Origin: Octopus bimaculoides
Taxonomy: Eukaryota
Direction of reading: 5' to 3'
Assembly: GCF_001194135.2 (NCBI RefSeq)
Contig: NC_068992.1
Location: forward strand, 63,035,595 to 63,099,594
DNA: 64,000 nt
A program made the position numbers and the translations under genes. Positions 52,709 through 64,000 of this stretch are shown piece after piece (the stretch's first letter is position 1; each line of letters begins with the position of its first letter). A model generated the notes under the pieces. The model ran no database searches. It was not told the DNA's origin and saw only the letters and a list, made by a program, of their open reading frames with translations.

Positions 52709-53094
52709 CAGTTGTTCTCAAGGACGCCCATATGATCTTAGAGAGACCATAGGATACTAGGTGGGGAGGCATATGATCTTCGAGGGACCATATGATATTT
52801 TTGAAGGAGTGGGATTCGATATGATCTTTGGGGTACATTAGATCTTTGGAGGCCATAAGATCTTTGGGGATCCATATATGATTTTGTAGTTAAAATTTAT
52901 GCGCAATAACTTGGTTATACTCCGACAATACATAGAATATTTAAACAAATTTTTTATAGAATTTCTTAATAATAATATTTAATCATAAGAACATAATTGG
53001 ATTATTTTAAACACCGATGACTATGGAGTTTCAGTAGCGTTAAATAGGAATTAAAGAGTCCAATAGCCAAAATAGATACGGTTGAGAATTGTTT
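52709..53094. mobile_element. hAT (Charlie-like) MITE with internal ~19-bp tandem array
   Basis: Left end CAGTTGTTCTCAA preceded by ATCTAGAA; right end GGTTGAGAA (degenerate). About 8 units of CATATGATCTTTGGGGAC at 52729-52885. Confidence 0.55.
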
Positions 53095-53456
53095 ACTTTC
53101 TATGTTGTTTTCTAAAGTGTTCTATATATATATTATATATATATATATATATATNNNNNNNNNNNNNNNNNNNNNNNNNNNNNNNNNNNNNNNNNNNNNN
53201 NNNNNNNNNNNNNNNNNNNNNNNNNNNNNNNNNNNNNNNNNNNNNNNNNNNNNNNNNNNNNNNNNNNNNNNNNNNNNNNNNNNNNNNNNNNNNNNNNNNN
53301 NNNNNNNNNNNNNNNNNNNNNNNNNNNNNNNNNNNNNNNNNNNNNNNNNNNNNNNNNNNNNNNNNNNNNNNNNNNNNNNNNNNNNNNNNNNNNNNNNNNN
53401 NNNNNNNNNNNNNNNNNNNNNNNNNNNNNNNNNNNNNNNNNNNNNNNNNNNNNNNN

Positions 53457-53489
<33 letters not shown>

Positions 53490-53514
53490 TGCGTATGTAT
53501 GTATGTGTATATGT

Positions 53515-53725
53515 TTGTGTGTCTGTGTTTGTCCCCCCCCCACTCAACATCGCTTGACAATTGATGCTGATGAGTTTACGTCCCTGCAAATTAGCGGTTC
53601 AGCGAAGGAGACCGAATAAGTACAAGGCTTACAAAGAATAATTCCTGGAGTCGATTTGCTCAACTAAGGGCGGTGCTCCAGCATGGCCGTAGTGAAATGG
53701 CTGAGACAAGTAAAATAATAAAAGA
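53515..53725 (+). mobile_element. SINE family B 3' half
   Basis: CAACATCGCTTGACAA...TTAGCGGTTCAGCGAAGGAGACC...GGTGCTCCAGCATGGCC. Confidence 0.85.
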
Positions 53726-53901
53726 ATAAAAGAATATATATATACAGACAAACGCACGCACACATATATATATATTCACACACACACACACACACATATC
53801 TATATATACACACACATGCATATACAAACATACACACATATATATACATACAGAGACACACACACATATATATACATGGACATATATACACGCATATTTA
53901 C

Positions 53902-53934
<33 letters not shown>

Positions 53935-54072
53935 CATACAAACACACAAACACACACCCACACCCACACACATGTATGTATCGTCGGTGTATCATATATC
54001 CGAAAAAGAAACACACTTCAAAGCATTAAAGCAGTTCTGTATTTTTAAGTAGGTAAGTTCATGTCCGGTCAT

Positions 54073-54200
54073 AGACTGACCAATGGTTTCGCATCTATAA
54101 ATCACTTCGCAGTATAGATGACTCGTCAAACTCAAATTTGAGTCTGACGAGTCACCTAAACGGCTAAGTGCTTTATACGTACGAGATCAATGATCGGCCT
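54073..54200. repeat. Loopless gap-free palindrome centred at 54136/54137
   Basis: Core TGACTCGTCAAACTCAAA|TTTGAGTCTGACGAGTCA. 35 of 41 pairs are Watson-Crick over 54096-54177, with looser pairing out to 54073-54200. Confidence 0.9.
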
Positions 54201-54248
54201 TAACATTTAACTTCCTAACATACATAAATACACCTATACACACACACA

Positions 54249-54312
<64 letters not shown>

Positions 54313-54827
54313 NNNNNNNNNNNNNNNNNNNNNNNNNNNNNNNNNNNNNNNNNNNNNNNNNNNNNNNNNNNNNNNNNNNNNNNNNNNNNNNNNNNNNNNN
54401 NNNNNNNNNNNNNNNNNNNNNNNNNNNNNNNNNNNNNNNNNNNNNNNNNNNNNNNNNNNNNNNNNNNNNNNNNNNNNNNNNNNNNNNNNNNNNNNNNNNN
54501 NNNNNNNNNNNNNNNNNNNNNNNNNNNNNNNNNNNNNNNNNNNNNNNNNNNNNNNNNNNNNNNNNNNNNNNNNNNNNNNNNNNNNNNNNNNNNNNNNNNN
54601 NNNNNNNNNNNNNNNNNNNNNNNNNNNNNNNNNNNNNNNNNNNNNNNNNNNNNNNNNNNNNNNNNNNNNNNNNNNNNNNNNNNNNNNNNNNNNNNNNNNN
54701 NNNNNNNNNNNNNNNNNNNNNNNNNNNNNNNNNNNNNNNNNNNNNNNNNNNNNNNNNNNNNNNNNNNNNNNNNNNNNNNNNNNNNNNNNNNNNNNNNNNN
54801 NNNNNNNNNNNNNNNNNNNNNNNNNNN

Positions 54828-54861
<34 letters not shown>

Positions 54862-54863
<2 letters not shown>

Positions 54864-55078
54864 TCTTTTTCTCTTATTCTTTTACTTGGTAGTCATTTGA
54901 CTGAAGTCATACTGGAGCACCGCCTTTAGTCGACGAGCTTCTTTCAGTTTCCGTCTATCAAATCCACTCACAAGGCTTTGGTTGGTCCGACGCTATAGAA
55001 GAAAACACTTCCCCTGTGTGCCTCACAGTGAGATTGAACTTGGTATTATGTGGTTGGGAAGCAATCTTCTTACCACAG
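54862..55078 (-). mobile_element. SINE family B with central deletion
   Basis: The tail (…CACCGCCTTTAGTCGA) joins directly to CGAGCTTCTTTCAGTTTCCG…; the middle and the internal microsatellite are missing. Confidence 0.8.
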
Positions 55079-55633
55079 GGACCTTGTTTGTTATTTCTAG
55101 CAAATTGATTGACCATGTAATAAACCTTCCACGTTAGCGCGTATTGTGAACGAACGCATGCGTATAAATATATATATATATATACATGTGTGTATGGATG
55201 TATGAGTGTGTAGTTTATATGTGACGTGTGTGATTGTGTGTATGTGTGGGTGTGCGTTTTGCGTTGTTGTCTAATATTGCAGACATTTTGTGGAAGTAAC
55301 AGATGAAGTAATATCCATCGCCCCGCCACCTCCTTCCATCACAAACGTCACCGCCAAAATTGTCACACGTATTTACTGCTTACATCCGGTAATCATGCAT
55401 TTATTTCGGCATTTTTTTGAGTTTTAAATTCAATGCAATTTTTCCCATCTTTTCTAATGTTTCTTTCTCCCTTTATTTTTCTGCATAGTATCTTCTTCTT
55501 CTTCTTCTTCTTCTTCTTCTTCTTCTTCTTCTTCTTCTTCTTCACCATTTCTTTTTCACTCCTGTCGCTAATAAAGTGAAACTCTTCTTGAAAACACGTT
55601 CTGAAAGACTAAAACGACAACAAATAAGGAAAA

Positions 55634-55634
<1 letters not shown>

Positions 55635-55674
<40 letters not shown>

Positions 55675-55870
55675 TAGAGAGAAATATATATATAGAGAAA
55701 GAAAGAGAGACAAAAATAGAGAGAAAGAGAGACAGAAATAGAGAGAAAGAGAGATAGAAATAGAGAGAAATACATAGAAAGAGAGAGAAAGACATAGAAA
55801 GAGAGAGAGAAAGAGAATCCGAGATAGAAAGACACACAGAGCGACAAAGAGAGACAGCAAGAGAAAGACA

Positions 55871-55917
<47 letters not shown>

Positions 55918-56010
55918 GAGAAACACATAGAGAGAGAAACACATAGAGAGAGAAACACATAGAGAGAGAAACACATAGAGAGAGAAACACATAGAGAGAG
56001 ATAGAAAGAG
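55635..56010. repeat. GA-rich tract with a 16-bp unit (GAGAGAGAAACACATA, about 5 copies)
   Basis: Direct reading. Confidence 0.9.
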
Positions 56011-56201
56011 AGGCAATCAATTGGCTTCTTCTTTGTTCCTTATTATCTCTCTTGAAACATTAGTGCCACCAAAAACTTACAATATGCCTGAAAAGACAGG
56101 CTTTAATGGCACTTCGTAGAAAATTACCCTCCATTACTCGAATATAAGAAAATGAGAAATAAATCGAAAATCAACAAAAGCGACATCCCTCAAAACTGCA
56201 C

Positions 56202-56244
<43 letters not shown>

Positions 56245-56979
56245 TCTCTCCCTCTTACGCACACGCAAGCACACACACAAATACACACACAGGCATACAT
56301 GCATATACATAAGTAACTTATTCCGTCCCCTAAATTTACCATTAAAAAAAAATAAAAAACATAATACAGATAAAACAAAATTCCAAATACAATTTTACAT
56401 AAAACAAAACATACAAATCTGTATGTATACATACATACATACATACATACATACAAAAATACCCTGTTGTTGATGTTGAAATCCCAATGAAGGAACTTTG
56501 GATCTGGGTTAGAAACCGGCTTTTTCTCTAATGGCAAAAAATTTTGAAATAAAGCTGGATAATGCCATACATACATACATACATACATACATACATACAT
56601 AGAACACATTTTTTATATAAGGTGACACGAGTCGTACGTATGGACTTCAAGCAGAAACAGAGATGCGTTTTACAAAAATTTGAACAAATTTACTGATACA
56701 ATTAAATATAAATATAAATGGTGATATCATAACTATAATGCAGATAGCGATGTGTGTAAGATAATATATAGAGGAAAACAGTTTGTGTGTGTGTGTGTGT
56801 GTTTGTGTGCGCGTGCGCAGGTGTGTGCGATTTATTTATATATAATTCGTATATTTAATGTGAGGTCACTAAATCCAAACTGTAATTTCTTGTCACCGGC
56901 GTGTGTGTGTGTATGGGAGGAGGTGAGTGTGTGCGTGTGCATGTACATATACATATGTCTGTAAGAAATATGTATATAT

Positions 56980-57017
<38 letters not shown>

Positions 57018-57892
57018 ACCTGTAAACACACACATATACATATATACCAAATATTTATACACATATTATGCATATATACACATATGTTTACATACATACA
57101 TAATATATATATANNNNNNNNNNNNNNNNNNNNNNNNNNNNNNNNNNNNNNNNNNNNNNNNNNNNNNNNNNNNNNNNNNNNNNNNNNNNNNNNNNNNNNN
57201 NNNNNNNNNNNNNNNNNNNNNNNNNNNNNNNNNNNNNNNNNNNNNNNNNNNNNNNNNNNNNNNNNNNNNNNNNNNNNNNNNNNNNNNNNNNNNNNNNNNN
57301 NNNNNNNNNNNNNNNNNNNNNNNNNNNNNNNNNNNNNNNNNNNNNNNNNNNNNNNNNNNNNNNNNNNNNNNNNNNNNNNNNNNNNNNNNNNNNNNNNNNN
57401 NNNNNNNNNNNNNNNNNNNNNNNNNNNNNNNNNNNNNNNNNNNNNNNNNNTATATACATACATATATATATCATATATATGTATATATACTTACATATGT
57501 ATATATGGGTATACATATATAAATATGTATCATATATATATATATATATATATAGCTACGTATTCGTGAATAACTGCGGTCAACCTGTAGAAGTGTCTAA
57601 TTAATAACAGTGATAGAAAGACGCCATCTTGCTTTCAGCGTAAGCTAGTCTGTTATTAGAACCAGCAGCCAATTCTTAAAAATATGAAATGTCTTTCTTT
57701 GAATGACAATCTCGCTGTGTATTCTAAGTATTTCCAGACGTTCTGAATTCCTTAATAGCAGTCACGTTCTCTTTAACGGTAGAATCACAATAACAGATGG
57801 AGTCTCAGACAGTGCCATTAGTGCTATCGGTACACCAATATTCTCACCATCAACACCCTCATCATCATTATCCTAATTATTATTATTAATGC

Positions 57893-57964
<72 letters not shown>

Positions 57965-58094
57965 CTGAGGAATTCCAACCACCTTTCGTGGTTCGCTACC
58001 TCAATAGCTCCATTATAGGATCCACTGGCTAAAGACATCATCAGGAGGAACCACATCCGGTTTCAGCCCCTACTCTTCTACCGTTTTCGACGTT

Positions 58095-58890
58095 TCCGCT
58101 GAGGTCGACTTTGCCTTTCATCCTTTTGGGGTCGATAAATTAAGTACTAGTTGCGTACTGGGTCGATCTAATCGACTGGCCCCCTCCCCACAAAATCCTG
58201 GTCTTGTGCCTTTAATAGAAAGGATTATTATTATTATTATCATTATTATTGTTGTTGTTGTTGTTGTTGTTCTTAACGCATTGAACTGGCAGAAACGTTA
58301 GCATGGTGAGTAAAATGCTTAACGGTATTTCGTCCGATTTTAAGTTCTGAGTTAAAATTCCGCTGAGGTCGACTTTGCCTTTCATCCTTTCGGGGTCGAT
58401 AAATTAAGTACCAGTTGCGTACTGGGGTCGATCTAATCGACTGGACCCCTCCCCAAAATTTCGGGCCTTGTACCTCGAGTAGAAAAAGAAATTTTCGTCT
58501 GTTATGTTCTGAGTTCAAATTCTGCCGAGGTTGACTTTGCTTTTCATCCTTTCGGGGTCGATAAATTAAGTNNNNNNNNNNNNNNNNNNNNNNNNNNNNN
58601 NNNNNNNNNNNNNNNNNNNNNNNNNNNNNNNNNNNNNNNNNNNNNNNNNNNNNNNNNNNNNNNNNNNNNNNNNNNNNNNNNNNNNNNNNNNNNNNNNNNN
58701 NNNNNNNNNNNNNNNNNNNNNNNNNNNNNNNNNNNNNNNNNNNNNNNNNNNNNNNNNNNNNNNNNNNNNNNNNNNNNNNNNNNNNNNNNNNNNNNNNNNN
58801 NNNNNNNNNNNNNNNNNNNNNNNNNNNNNNNNNNNNCTTACCCCCACCTCTCCCGAAATTACTGACTTTGTTAAAATTTGAAACCGTTAT
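58095..58890 (+). mobile_element. Tandem SINE family A cluster (3-4 copies, partly in a gap)
   Basis: GAGGT(C/T)GACTTTGC(C/T)TTTCATCCTTT(T/C)GGGGTCGATAAATTAAGT recurs at ~58100, ~58365 and ~58527. Confidence 0.9.
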
Positions 58891-58923
58891 CATAATCATC
58901 ATCATCATCAACAACATCATTAT

Positions 58924-59110
58924 GAAAGCAGCAAGCTGGTCGAACCGTTAGCACTCGGACAAAATGCTTACCGACATTTCGTCCACCTTTACGCTACGGG
59001 TACACACGTCTGTGGAGTGCTCAGCCACTAACATGTTAATTTCACGAGCAGGCTGTTCCGTGGATCGAATCAACTGGAACCCTCGTCGTCGTAACCGACG
59101 GAGTGCCACG
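58924..59110 (+). mobile_element. Chimeric SINE: family A head fused to family C 3' body
   Basis: GCAAGCTGGTCGAACCGTTAGCAC...TTTACG is followed by GGGTACAC..GTCTGTGGAGTGCTCAGCC...CGTCGTCGTAACCGACGGAGTGCC. Confidence 0.65.
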
Positions 59111-59376
59111 ACGATAAGGCATTGTCTTATAGTCAGAATTTCCTGTCTGTGCTTTGTTGGGCATAAAACAGTTAAAAACTAAGTATTTTGAGCAATTAAA
59201 TGTTTCTATTGTTTCAATGTTGTTATTTTATTCCTTCTTACATATATGCAGTGTGTTCGGGCTAAATTTGACAGTTTGTATACAAGAACAAGAAAACACA
59301 GGATCCCATCCCAAAATAGAAGCGTTTTGCAAAATATCAAAACATAACATCTCGATTATGACTTGGAGATAATAGT

Positions 59377-59645
59377 TTAATCAAAGTAGCCGCCACCAGC
59401 TTCCACCACGACCTCATGACGACTCTGGAATTTGGTGCGTGCGTTCGTCACAGACTTAATGAAAAGTTCTCCGAACACCACCTTGATCTGGGGTTCTAAC
59501 TCGGACTTGGTCTTGCAGGCAGAGCAGTTGGTGTCTTTCTTATCCGTGCACCACACATAGTAATTCATGGGGTTACAAATGGGGGAAATAGAAGGCCAGA
59601 AACTGAGGCTGATGAAGTCGTCAAAATATTCCGATAACCATTTCG
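59377..59645 (-). mobile_element. DD37D/maT-like transposase C-terminal fragment (different subfamily)
   Basis: KWLSEYFDDFISLSFWPSISPICNPMNYYVW...KSELEPQIK...KFQSRHEVVVEAGGGYFD*. Confidence 0.85.
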
Positions 59646-59750
59646 GCTCAACTGGTATATGTCTTATCCACCCCAAAAGAATGAAAGGCAAAGTCAACGT
59701 CGGCGAAATTTGAACTCAGAACGTAAAGAGGGAAGAAGTGTCACTAAGTA
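59645..59750 (-). mobile_element. SINE family A fragment truncated by the adjacent transposon
   Basis: CAACTGGTA...GAATGAAAGGCAAAGTCAACGTCGGCGAAATTTGAACTCAGAACGTAAAGA. Confidence 0.8.
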
Positions 59751-59754
59751 TATA

Positions 59755-60540
59755 CAGGGTGCGATGAATAAATTGTCGTCTAAATAACGCAGAAAATGAA
59801 AATAAGTCTGACAATGACATCGCCATTGGCTTCAACCACGGCCGCCAGACGACTTCGGAATCTCCTGCATCTCTTCAAAACGGTCTCTCGTTTATGCTGC
59901 CATAATCTTTGCCTTCAGTTCATCTTTGGTGTGGTCTCTCGCTCAACTGCGCCCCCATGCATAATAATCAAGGGGGGTGCAGTCTGGGGAGTTAAGTGGC
60001 CAGATGTTAGGGGTGGTGTGGTCGCAGAAATTGTCTGACAGCCATGTCTGGGTTCTCCTGCTTGTGTGGCATGGTGCAGAGTCCTGTTGCTAGACATAGG
60101 GTCTTCTATCAGCCACGGTCTTGACCCGGGGCAGCACTACCGCCTCCAGGTACTTGATGTAGGCCTCCATGTTGAGTCTGAAGCCGTGTGGGAAGATGAT
60201 GGGAGGCATAACGTCGCCATTACTAGTGATCACTGTAAACACCATGATGTTGACCGGATGTTTGAGTTTTATCACTTTCGGTACATGTCCTCAGATTACA
60301 CTGTCCTTGCATTGAAACACAAGCAATCTAAAATGTCCGTATTGGAGCTTCCGGCGCGAATGTCAAGCAGTACAGCATGTCGTTTTCAAATTTCTGGCAG
60401 AATGTATTGCGTCATGGTGCTGTTTTTCTCATAGACAGTGCCCAACTGATCCTACTATATTGTGTTGTCGACAAAATCAAAGACAAATAAGGCGCATTCG
60501 CGAAATTAAAAATATAAAATGGCGATTCCTCGCAGCCTGT
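59755..60540 (-). mobile_element. Internally deleted DD37D (maT) transposon with both TIRs and TA TSD
   Basis: TA|CAGGGTGCGATGAAT...ATTCCTCGCAGCCTG|TA. HPVNIMVFTVITSNGDVMPP and QQDSAPCH...WPLNSPDCTPLDY give 37 residues between the second and third D. Confidence 0.92.
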
Positions 60541-61359
60541 ATATATATATATATATATATACACACACAAATTTTTTTTTACAAAGGCAGTGTTTCATAG
60601 TCAGAATTTCCTGTCTGTGCTTTGTTGTACAATTCAATATTGTTTTACCTTCTATTTTGCTAGTGGTTCTGTTGGCCGCCGCTTTATGTGGGGTTATGTA
60701 ATGAAAACAAGAGCAAAAACAACAACAACAACAATAGCAAAAAATAGAAAGACATCGTCAGAAACATTGCCAGAAAAATGGGGGAAAAATGGCCACTTTA
60801 AACAGAGACAGGCAGCGACGATAAAGATAATTGGCGCAATACGAACCCAAAATGACTCTTGAACTCAAGATTCTGGATATCTGACATCAATCACAGCCAT
60901 TGGAATCAACACCAGCACCAACACCACCATTCTCTTCTTGTTAACCGACCCGCCACCCCTTAACCAGTGGCTAGATCTCTACCTAGCAGTATCTACTAAT
61001 GAACTTCATCGGTCGACAAAAAGTAAAGAAAGGTGGAATCGCTGAATAAATAACAGCCATGATAAATCCCGAAAAATCAATTCTGAACGAATCGAAAATT
61101 GCCGAAAATCCAATATAGCTATTTAAGAATGTTTGCCGTTCCTTTTGTTGATATTTGGTGTGTGTGTGTGTGTGTGTAGTTAGTGGGGTTGGGGTGGGAC
61201 AATATACCTATATGTATGTGTGTGTGTGTGTAGTGTGTGTGTAGTGTGGTGCTTGCGTGTTTGAGTGATATCTGTGTGTGTGCGTTTGTATTTGTCTCTC
61301 TTTAATCATACTTTCCAGGACATTCTACAATGTGTCTCTCACTTTCTCTGTCTGCCTCT

Positions 61360-61447
61360 AAGTCAGTCTGTCAGTTGCTCTCTCTATCTGTCTGTATGTA
61401 TGTCTGTCTGATTGCTTGTTCTCTCTCCCTCCCTCTCTCTCTCTCTA

Positions 61448-61487
<40 letters not shown>

Positions 61488-62008
61488 ATCTCTTTCTCCC
61501 TCTATTCTCTCTCTCTGTACTTTTCTCCTTCCCTTTTCTTTCTCTATCTCTCTCCCTCCCTCTATCTTTATCTCTTTTTCCCTCTGTCTAGTCTCTCTAT
61601 GTATCTCTCTCTTTCGCCCTCTCTTTCTACCTTTGTCTCCCTCTCTCTATCTCCATCTCTCTCTCCTTCTCTTTAGTCTCTCTTTCTATCTTTCTCTTTT
61701 TCTCCCTCTCTATCTCTCTCCCTCTCTCTATCTCTATCTTTTCTCCCTCTCTCTGTTCTCTCTGTCTGTGTCTCTCTCTTTCTCCCTCTCTCTACATCTC
61801 TATCTCTTTCTCCCTTTCCCCTCCCTGTCTCCCTGTCTTTCCATCTCTCTCCTGTCTCTATCTCTATCTTTTTCTCCCTCTATCCCTCCCTCTCTCTATC
61901 TCTATCTCTATCGTTTTCTCCCTCTCTCTATTCTCTCTCTGTCTGTATCTCTCTCTGTCTGTATCTCTCTCTCTCCGTCTTCCTCTTTCTGTATATGTCT
62001 CTTTCTCC

Positions 62009-62046
<38 letters not shown>

Positions 62047-62260
62047 ATCTCTATCACTTTCTCCCTCTCTCTCTTTCTCTCTCTTTTTCTGTTTTTCCCT
62101 CTCTCTCTCTCTCTCTCTTTCTATCTCTCTCTCCCTGTCTCTCTATCTCTATCCCTTTTCCCTGTCTTTCTCTCTCTTCCCTATCTCTATCTCTCTCTTC
62201 TTGTCTGTCTCTCTTTCCCTCTTCATCTCTCTCTCTTTCTCTCTCTCTCTCCTCCTTCTC
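61360..62260. repeat. CT-rich low-complexity tract
   Basis: Direct reading. Confidence 0.95.
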
Positions 62261-62439
62261 TCCCGCTCAATGGCCACCAGCCACGACAAACACAAGGACT
62301 GGCGCTTTGTTTTTGTTTTGCTTTTGGCTTTTGTACTTTTCTATTTCGTTTTGTTTTGTTTTTCGGTTGATTCTTTTTATTGGATGAAAAACTTGTGTGA
62401 TTTGAACGTCGAGGAAGGATGAGAAAGGACGGGGAGGAG

Positions 62440-62530
62440 GAAGAGGAGGAGGAGGAGGAAGAAGAAGAAGTAGAAGAAGAAGAAGAAGAAGAAGAAGAAG
62501 AAGAAGAAGAAGAAGAAGAAGAAGAAGAAG

Positions 62531-62561
<31 letters not shown>

Positions 62562-62654
62562 GAAAGGTATCATGATTATGGTCATTAGTAGCTGCAGCAA
62601 AAAAAAATTAATAAAATGCAACTCTAGCTAAAAAAATGCCAGCAAAATAAAACT

Positions 62655-62712
<58 letters not shown>

Positions 62713-62818
62713 GCAACAATAACAAGCGCAACGTCTCAATAAAACTGTGAAAAGAGTGAAGAACAATGAAGTGTAGATGATGGGAAAGGAACAAATACAG
62801 CTGCACAACTTACACAAC

Positions 62819-62872
<54 letters not shown>

Positions 62873-62900
62873 TAATAATAATAATAATAACAGTAACAAC
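62440..62900. repeat. (GAG/GAA)n, (AAC)n and (AAT)n microsatellites
   Basis: Direct reading. The (AAT)n may be the tail of the adjacent LINE. Confidence 0.95.
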
Positions 62901-62909
62901 AACTGCAAT

Positions 62910-64000
62910 CGCTTATTAACTACTAAAGGTTTACAAAGAGATCGACGATGTTACAACGATACAATGAGGGATTATATGAAAGAGAAAGTAAAGAGAAAAA
63001 GGAATAATTTTTAACAATGAATATTATAATTCTTCCAAACAGGGAAATTTCCAAGGGTTACTGGTGGGAATCCCACAAAACCGCAGTTACCCTCACTACT
63101 TAGACAAATGCCATCTTTCTGTTGTCCTTTTCCAATATACGGGTGCATATTTAGTTTGAGCCCATTCATTCGGACCATATTTGCCATTCTCATCTGCAAA
63201 TTTTCTCTGGGTGGCAGCACTTCCTTCTCCGCTTTCATTTTCCTTTTCAAATGAAACTTGAAAAGATTAATGAGAGATTGGCCGAAGAAGATAGTCCCTG
63301 TCTTCAACCCTTTCAGTCCCGTCCGACACACAACTTCTTTCATCATGGCTACCAGGCTGCGAGAACCTGCCTGCTGACCCCATCCAAAGGAAGGTGGGTG
63401 GGCGAGCTATCTTCACGAGGGTGTCGGCTGATAGCCAGATCCGTCCTACTCGCGACAGCAGGTGTTCAACATAATTTCACAGATCAACAATGGTCGAGCA
63501 TTGTACAAGTACAGAACGATATCGTCGATCTGCGCGCATCTCGGGCAGGCACGGCTGTCAGCACTAATGTGCCTGTAGATTTTATCACGGCCCGGCAATG
63601 ACTTCCGGTAGCACTGTCAAGTCAGAAATTTCTGGAAGTCTCCATGGAAAACGGCCCGAAATTCTCCGGAAAAGACCAGCCAGTTGATTTTTTTCATGAA
63701 AACCCCAGACTTCCCTGACAATGTCTTCGCCCCTACCGCACTAATCCTCTGTAGAACGCCATAATAGAATCTCATAAGACCGTATTTCCTGTGGCAGACG
63801 ACTGTGAGCGCCTGGCAGCACTCAAGATGTCAGGAATCACGCCTCAGTCTACGCTTGATATAGGACTGCAGCTCAGTAAAAGAGACGAGCTGTGGGGAAG
63901 CGCCTCTATCAAACAGCGACCACCGTCAAGGAAATGCTGGTGATATCGTAGCCTCAGCGCATGTCTGCACATCATCAGTCACGGTGTTAGAGAAAACTCA
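62910..64000 (-). mobile_element. L1/Tx1-like LINE ORF2 C-terminal (zf-RVT) region and 3' UTR, decayed; continues past the window end
   Basis: Fragments across frameshifts: RHALRLR, AFYRGLV, QCYRKSLPGRDKIYRH, VQCSTIVDLLNYVEHLLSRVGR.WLSA, MKEVVCRTGLKGL...FKFHLKRKMKAEKEVL, MANMVRMNGLKLNMH. Confidence 0.85.

Overview
This is eukaryotic non-coding DNA: AT-rich, extremely rich in microsatellites, with about 28 N-gaps (~9 kb) that almost all sit in simple repeats. The tRNA-derived SINE families and the repeat density point to an octopus (coleoid cephalopod) draft assembly; this is an inference from recalled repeat families, not a database result. No intact protein-coding gene, rRNA, tRNA or CRISPR array can be supported, and nearly all ORFs in the track are microsatellite or gap read-through. 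The real content is decayed mobile elements: DD37D (maT) Tc1/mariner copies, mariner DD34D derivatives including one built from two inverted 5' ends, hAT-like and piggyBac-like MITEs, Dong/R4-like and L1/Tx1-like LINE 3' ends, and about 30 copies or fragments of three SINE families. The most interesting signals are three long foldback elements (one with a pre-miRNA-like core), a divergent repeat pair carrying a degenerate Penelope-type hammerhead motif, the double-5' mariner, inverted SINE clusters that could form dsRNA, and one plausible orphan exon. I see no evidence for a novel multi-gene system.
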